64,000 bases of DNA from NCBI GenBank assembly GCA_032718475.1, contig JAUCBJ010007015.1, positions 1-64,000 of the forward strand, written 5' to 3'. A program made the position numbers and the translations under genes. Shown one piece after another: positions 55,401-64,000 of this stretch. Numbering within the stretch: the stretch's first letter is position 1; every line of letters starts with the position of its first letter. The stretch comes from Nemertoderma westbladi (taxonomy: Eukaryota; Animalia; Xenacoelomorpha). The notes under the pieces are model-generated. The model did no database searches, was not told the origin of the DNA, and saw only the letters and a list, made by a program, of their open reading frames with translations.

Positions 55401-57052
55401 TACAAAGAACAATGTGGTAATCAATTCACTCCAGCTGGTTGCTCACTAAGCAATCCCATTGGCAGTTACACTAGAAATCACTTAGGATAGATTACAGGCC
55501 AACTCAATAAAGTAATATGTATGCACTGCACAACATTATAACAGTTACACAAGGGGGGTTACATTGGATCAGCGCCTGATATAATACTGTCATAAAGCAT
55601 TAAGAATACGAAGTAGTCTTCTATAGGGGCAACTAAATGCAATAACTGATCCAATGGGGCCCCAAATATATAATATTGCACAGAAGTTCTGCTGATCTAA
55701 ATCATCCGTATGGCCATTTTTGTTTGCAGAATACTAAGTAAATGGAACCGTGTACACACTCAAAAGTTATTGTAACTTTAGTATTTACAAGGCGTACTCC
55801 AAAACGGAACTCAATATCCAATATTGGTTTATGTTGTTAATCGGCTCTTTAGTTACGTAATAAATATTCGAGAACATTGAATTATTTAACGTTGAGTAAT
55901 CAGAATCATGAGTTAAACCCAGAGTACAAGAATTTGAATCGCAGTAACTATGGAAGCAATATAGTAAAATACTACAGCTTAATTTATTTTGTAACTCTAT
56001 ATCGCTGACGTTATCCAATGTAGGCTTACCATACTGTATACGATGTACCAATTTAACTTCAGAATAAACTTACAGTATGTATTACAGTATATGAGAAAAA
56101 AGTAGAACATTTTGTTTCTCAATATTCTAGCAACCCTTTATTAACCTCGCTGAAGCTCGGTAAATAAAATGCCTCGAGAATAATAAAAAAAGTTCTAATT
56201 TTTTTCCCATGTAATAAATAATTATTTATTCTTAAATTGTTACTTTTTCGCCCGAATTTAGACCAAAAGCTGGAGAAAATATTTAACTTTTTTTCCTGAC
56301 GAAAAAGTAAAATATAATATTTTTGGTGTAATTTCTTAAATTTTATTATCGTTGTACCGGTACCGTAGTTCTACAGCATTTGTGCATGTGCAGTATGTAA
56401 ACCTACGTTATTTACAACTGGTAGGTACAAGTCTGTCTGTCTGGTACGTCCGTCTTTACGGTAGAATCGTAGAAACTGTTGAGAATGGCATTCCTGCCAT
56501 GATCAGGATGCTGCTGTCCATAATTGTCAAATACCGAAAGTAAAAGATCTCTGAGTAGGCTGAGTTGAGTGTGCAATCTGAACTTGTAGTGTAGGCCTAC
56601 CAGTACTGCATTTCCCGTTTAGTTTGCTAGTACCGGTACATTAAATTATTCCCCAATATGCTCTGTTCTGTAGGCCTACCGGTCAGGTAGGTTCTGTAGT
56701 TGTAAGGCAGTGATGTGATTGAGATCTTAAAGGAAGCTGTGGTACCGCTACCTGTACTGTACGATGCATTCAGTCAGTCTACCTACACTCTGAACTGAAA
56801 ACATACCATAGGCCTACGCTAGTCTTATTCTTACAACTTTCACTTTCACTCATGTTAGTAAAGGTACCGGTACCGTAAGCTAACTACTGTATTCACAACA
56901 CGGCAAACAGGCATAAATATAATTTCAACATGCAGATACCGGAGTGTTGAAAAATAAATGTATTATTTTTTCCTAGGACTAAAATAACACTATTTTTAGA
57001 TAGGTTATCATTGCGATTATGTTATTTTTTTCCGGGATTGGTTGGTAACAAC
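52476..57052. mobile_element. ~4.58-kb non-coding DNA element with a terminal long hairpin and asymmetric inverted repeats (Helentron/Helitron2-like or Crypton-like non-autonomous element)
   Basis: Hairpin 52479-52615; the subterminal repeat ~52617-52648 is inverted at ~57020-57053. The satellite phase resumes across it with no clear TSD. Ends uncertain by a few bp; superfamily is inference. Confidence 0.7.
53774..55756 (-). mobile_element. Non-autonomous LTR retroelement: 693-bp LTRs (53774-54466, 55064-55756), 597-bp non-coding interior
   Basis: Near-identical direct repeats; 5-bp TSD CACTC (53769-53773, 55757-55761). On the minus strand the PPT-like AGGAAAGATTAGGGGGAC abuts TGTACA; LTR ends are TGTACA...TGTATA. 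Confidence 0.88.
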
Positions 57053-60000
57053 AACAAATACAATTAAAATAACTACGAATACAATTAAATTAATTACAAA
57101 TACAATTATTAAAATAACTATGAATACAATTAAAATAATTACAAATACAATTATTAAAATAACTACGAATACAATTAAAATAATTACAAATACAATTAAA
57201 ATAACTACGAATATAATTAAAATAACAACGAATACAATTATACAGTATATGTAGTTATTATATATATATATATACAAATACATATACAAATATATATATA
57301 CTACAAATACATTTAAAATAACTATGAATACAATTAAAATAACTACGAATACAGTTAAAATAATTACAAATACAATTAAAATAACTACGAATATAATTAA
57401 AATAACAACGAATACAATTAAAATGACTACGAATACAATTAAAATAACTATGAATACAATTAAAATAACTACAAATACAATTAAAATAACAACGAATACA
57501 ATTAAAATAACTACGAATACAATTAAAATAACTACAAATACAATTATTAAAATAACTACAAATACAATTAAAATAACTACAAATACAATTAAAATAACTA
57601 CGAATACAATTAAAATAACTACAAATACAATTATTAAAATAACTACAAATACAATTATTAAAATGACTACAAATACAATTAAAATAACTATGAATCCAAT
57701 TAAAATAATTACGAATATAACTATTAAAATAACTACGAATACAATTAAAATAACTACAAATACAATTAAATTAATTACAAATACAATTAAAATAACTACG
57801 AATACAATTATTAAAATAACTACGAATATAATTATTAAAATAACTACGAAAACAATTAAAATAACTACGAATACAATTATTAAAATAACTACGAATATAA
57901 TTATTAAAATAACTACGAATACAATTAAAATAACTACGAATACAATTAAAATAACTACGAATACAATTATTAAAATGACTACGAATACAAATATTAATAT
58001 AACTACAAATACAATTAAAATAACTACAAATACAATTAAATTAATTACAAATACAATTAAAATAACTACGAATATAATTATTAAAATAAATACGAATACA
58101 ATTAAAATAACTACGAATAGAATTATTAAAATAACTACGAATACAATTAAAATAACTACGAATACAATTAAAATAACTATGAATACAATTAAATTGACTA
58201 CGAATACAATTATTAAAATAACTACAAATACAATTATTAAAATGACTACGAATACAATTAAAATAACTATGAATACAATTAAAATAACTACGAATAGAAT
58301 TATTAAAATAACTACGAATACAATTATTAAAATAACTACGAATACAATTAAAATAACTACGAATACAGTTAAAATAACTAGGAATACAATTATTAAAATA
58401 ACTACAAATACAATCATTAAAATAACTACGAATACAATTAAAATAACTACGAATACAATTATTAAAATAACTACGAATATAATTATTAAAATAACTATGA
58501 ATACAATTAAAATAATTACAAATACAATTATTAAAATAACTACGAATACAATTAAAATAACTACGAATACAATTATTAAAATAACTACGAATATAATTAT
58601 TAAAATAACTATGAATACAATTAAAATAACTATGAATACAATTAAAATAACTACGAATAGAATTATTAAAATAACTACGAATACAATTAAAATAACTACG
58701 AATACAATTAAAATAACTATGAATACAATTAAATTGACTACGAATACAATTATTAAAATAACTACAAATACAATTATTAAAATGACTACGAATACAATTA
58801 AAATAACTATGAATACAATTAAAATAACTATGAATACAATTAAAATAACTATGAATACAATTAAAATAACTACGAATACAATTAAAATAACTACGAATAC
58901 AATTAAAATAACTACAAATACAATTAAATAACTAACTATGAATACAATTAAAATAACTACGAATACAATTAAAATAACCATGAATACAATTAAAATAACT
59001 ACGAATAGAATTATTAAAATAACTACGAATACAATTAAAATAACTACGAATACAATTAAAATAACTATGAATACAATTAAAATAACTACAAATACAATTA
59101 AAATAACTACAAATACAATTAAAATAACTACGAATACAATTAAAATAACTACGAATACAATTAAAATAACTACAAATACAATTATTAAAATAACTAACTA
59201 CGAATACAATTAAAATAACTACGAATACAATTAAAATAACTATGAATACAATTACAATAACTACGAATACAATTATTAAAATAACTACAAATACAATTAT
59301 TAAAACAACTACGAATACAATTAAAATGATTACGAATAGAATTATTAAAATAACTACGAATACAATTAAAATAACTACGAATACAATTATTAAAATAACT
59401 ACGAATACAATTACAATAACTACAAATACAATTATTGAAATGACTACAAATACAATTAAAATAACTACGAATACAATTAAAATAACTATGAATACAATTA
59501 AAATAACTATGAATACAATTAAAATAACTACGAATACAATTAAAATAACTATGAATACAATTAAAATAACTATGAATACAATTAAAATAACTACGAATAT
59601 AATTATTAAAATAACTACGAATACAATTAAAATAACTACGAATACAATTAAAATAACTATGAATACAATTAAATTGACTACGAATACAATTATTAAAACA
59701 ACTACAAATACAATTATTAAAATGACTACGAATACAATTAAAATAACTATGAATACAATTAAAATAACTATGAATACAATTAAAATAACTATGAATACAA
59801 TTAAAATAACTACGAATACAATTAAAATAACTATGAATACAATTAAAATAACTATGAATACAATTAAAATAACTACGAATAGAATTATTAAAATAACTAC
59901 GAATACAATTAAAATAACTACGAATACAATTAAAATAACTATGAATACAATTAAATTGACTACGAATACAATTATTAAAATAACTACAAATACAATTATT

Positions 60001-63000
60001 AAAATGACTACGAATACAATTAAAATAACTATGAATACAATTAAAATAACTACGAATAGAATTATTAAAATAACTACGAATACAATTATTAAAATAACTA
60101 CGAATACAATTAAAATAACTATGAATACAATTAAAATAATTACAAATACAATTATTAAAATAACTACGAATACAATTAAAATAACTACGAATACAATTAT
60201 TAAAATAACTACGAATATAATTATTAAAATAACTATGAATACAATTAAAATAACTATGAATACAATTAAAATAACTACGAATAGAATTATTAAAATAACT
60301 ACGAATACAATTAAAATAACTACAAATACAATTAAAATAACTATGAATACAATTAAATTGACTACGAATACAATTATTAAAATAACTACAAATACAATTA
60401 TTAAAATGACTACGAATACAATTAAAATAACTATGAATACAATTAAAATAACTACGAATAGAATTATTAAAATAACTACGAATACAATTATTAAAATAAC
60501 TACGAATACAATTAAAATAACTATGAATACAATTAAAATAATTACAAATACAATTATTAAAATAACTACGAATACAATTAAAATAACTACGAATACAATT
60601 ATTAAAATAACTACGAATATAATTATTAAAATAACTATGAATACAATTAAAATAACTACAAATACAATTACAATAACTACAAATACAATTATTGAAATGA
60701 CTACAAATACAATTAAAATAACTACGAATACAATTAAAATAACTATGAATACAATTAAAATAACTATGAATACAATTAAAATAACTATGAATACAATTTG
60801 TAATAACTACGAATACAATTAAAATAACTATGAATACAATTAAAATAACTACGAATACAATTAAAATAACTATGAATACAATTATTAAAATGACTACAAA
60901 TACAATTATTGAAATAACTACGAATACAATTAAAATAACTATGAATACAATTAAAATAACTATGAATACAATTAAAATAACTATGAATACAATTAAAATA
61001 ACTATGAATACAATTAAAATAACTACGAATACAATTAAAATAACTATGAATACAATTAAAATAACTACGAATACAATTAAAATAACTATGAATACAATTA
61101 TTAAAATGACTACAAATACAATTATTGAAATGACTACAAATAAAATTAAAATAACTACGAATACAATTATTAAAATAACTACGAATACAATTAAAATAAC
61201 TATGAATACAATTAAAATAATTACAAATACAATTATTAAAATAACTACGAATACAATTAAAATAACTACGAATACAATTATTAAAATAACTACGAATATA
61301 ATTATTAAAATAACTATGAATACAATTAAAATAACTATGAATACAATTAAAATAACTACGAATAGAATTATTAAAATAACTACGAATACAATTGAAATAA
61401 CTACGAATACAATTAAAATAACTATGAATACAATTAAATTGACTACGAATACAATTATTAAAATAACTACAAATACAATTATTAAAATGACTACGAATAC
61501 AATTAAAATAACTATGAATACAATTAAAATAACTATGAATACAATTAAAATAACTATGAATACAATTAAAATAACTACGAATACAATTAAAATAACTATG
61601 AATACAATTAAAATAACTATGAATACAATTAAAATAACTACGAATAGAATTATTAAATAACTACGAATACAATTAAAATAACTACGAATACAATTAAAAT
61701 AACTATGAATACAATTAAATTGACTACGAATACAATTATTAAAATAACTACAAATACAATTATTAAAATGACTACGAATACAATTAAAATAACTATGAAT
61801 ACAATTAAAATAACTACGAATAGAATTATTAAAATAACTACGAATACAATTATTAAAATAACTACGAATACAATTAAAATAACTATGAATACAATTAAAA
61901 TAATTACAAATACAATTATTAAAATAACTACGAATACAATTAAAATAACTACGAATACAATTATTAAAATAACTACGAATATAATTATTAAAATAACTAT
62001 GAATACAATTAAAATAACTATGAATACAATTAAAATAACTACGAATAGAATTATTAAAATAACTACGAATACAATTAAAATAACTACGAATACAATTAAA
62101 ATAACTATGAATACAATTAAATTGACTATGAATACAATTAAATTGACTACGAATACAATTATTAAAATAACTACAAATACAATTATTAAAATGACTACGA
62201 ATACAATTAAAATAACTATGAATACAATTAAAATAACTACGAATAGAATTATTAAAATAACTACGAATACAATTATTAAAATAACTACGAATACAATTAA
62301 AATAACTACGAATACAATTAAAATAACTATGAATACAATTAAATTGACTACGAATACAATTATTAAAATAACTACAAATACAATTATTAAAATGACTACG
62401 AATACAATTAAAATAACTATGAATACAATTAAAATAACTACGAATAGAATTATTAAAATAACTACGAATACAATTATTAAAATAACTACGAATACAATTA
62501 AAATAACTATGAATACAATTAAAATAATTACAAATACAATTATTAAAATAACTACGAATACAATTAAAATAACTACGAATACAATTATTAAAATAACTAC
62601 GAATATAATTATTAAAATAACTATGAATACAATTAAAATAACTATGAATACAATTAAAATAACTACGAATAGAATTATTAAAATAACTACGAATACAATT
62701 AAAATAACTACGAATACAATTAAAATAACTATGAATACAATTAAATTGACTATGAATACAATTAAATTGACTACGAATACAATTATTAAAATAACTACAA
62801 ATACAATTATTAAAATGACTACGAATACAATTAAAATAACTATGAATACAATTAAAATAACTACGAATAGAATTATTAAAATAACTACGAATACAATTAT
62901 TAAAATAACTACGAATACAATTAAAATAACTATGAATACAATTAAAATAATTACAAATACAATTATTAAAATAACTATGAATACAATTAAAATAACTACG

Positions 63001-64000
63001 AATACAATTAAAATAACTACGAATACAATTATTAAAATAACTACGAATACAATTAAAATAACTACGAATACAATTACAATAACTACAAATACAATTATTG
63101 AAATGACTACAAATACAATTAAAATAACTACGAATACAATTAAAATAACTATGAATACAATTAAAATAACTATGAATACAATTAAAATAACTATGAATAC
63201 AATTAAAATAACTACGAATACAATTAAAATAACTATGAATACAATTAAAATAACTACGAATACAATTAAAATAACTATGAATACAATTATTAAAATGACT
63301 ACAAATACAATTATTGAAATGACTACAAATACAATTAAAATAACTACGAATACAATTAAAATAACTATGAATACAATTAAAATAACTATGAATACAATTA
63401 AAATAACTATGAATACAATTAAAATAACTACGAATACAATTAAAATAACTATGAATACAATTAAAATAACTACGAATACAATTAAAATAACTACGAATAC
63501 AATTATTAAAATAACTACGAATACAATTAAAATAACTACGAATACAATTAAAATAACTACGAATAGAATTATTAAAATAACTACGAATACAATTAAAATA
63601 ACTACGAATACAATTAAAATAACTATGAATACAATTAAATTGACTACGAATACAATTATTAAAATAACTACAAATACAATTATTAAAATGACTACGAATA
63701 CAATTAAAATAACTATGAATACAATTAAAATAACTACGAATAGAATTATTAAAATAACTACGAATACAATTAAAATAACTACGAATACAATTAAAATAAA
63801 ATGACTACGAATACAATTATTAAAATAACTACAAATACAATTATTAAAACAACTACGAATACAATTAAAATAACTCCGAATACAGTTAAAATAACTAGGA
63901 ATACAATTATTAAAATAACTACAAATACAATTAAAATAAAATGACTACGAATACAATTATTAAAATAACTACAAATACAATTATTAAAACAACTACGAAT
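57053..64000. repeat. 21/24-bp AT-rich satellite, right block (runs off the window)
   Basis: Same monomer, enriched in ACTATG, AATAGAATT and AAATTGACT variants. Confidence 0.98.

Noticed and set aside
43801-63804. Very long ITTNTIK / VFVVILI ORFs (up to 1518 aa) on both strands
   Set aside because: Units of 21 and 24 bp are multiples of 3 and lack stops in one frame per strand. Frame-breaking indels and TE insertions occur, and there is no unique domain.

Overview
Repeat-rich animal genomic DNA, probably a marine invertebrate (inference). The minus strand carries the last three coding exons of a phospholipid scramblase (PLSCR family) gene at 43448-43674, 7372-7430 and 6380-6418. All have GT-AG junctions with matching phases; the ORF track catches only part of one. 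The 36-kb intron between the first two exons is almost entirely a 28-bp satellite whose monomer is the gene's own exon/intron junction (TTGGTGTATCAT|GTAAGTACCGCAAGTA), i.e. roughly a thousand tandem 5' splice sites. A full-length, intact APE-RT LINE (RTEX-like) sits inside this satellite; its ORF1 carries a Ulp1/SENP-type cysteine protease domain and its ORF2 lacks a usable ATG. The upstream intron (>20 kb) is a 21/24-bp AT-rich satellite, interrupted by a 4.6-kb non-coding element with asymmetric inverted repeats and a long hairpin, which itself contains a young 2-kb non-autonomous LTR element. The first 4.5 kb holds a truncated Gypsy integrase with its 3' LTR, a 9-bp minisatellite and a tRNA-derived SINE. 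Most ORF-track entries are satellite artefacts.
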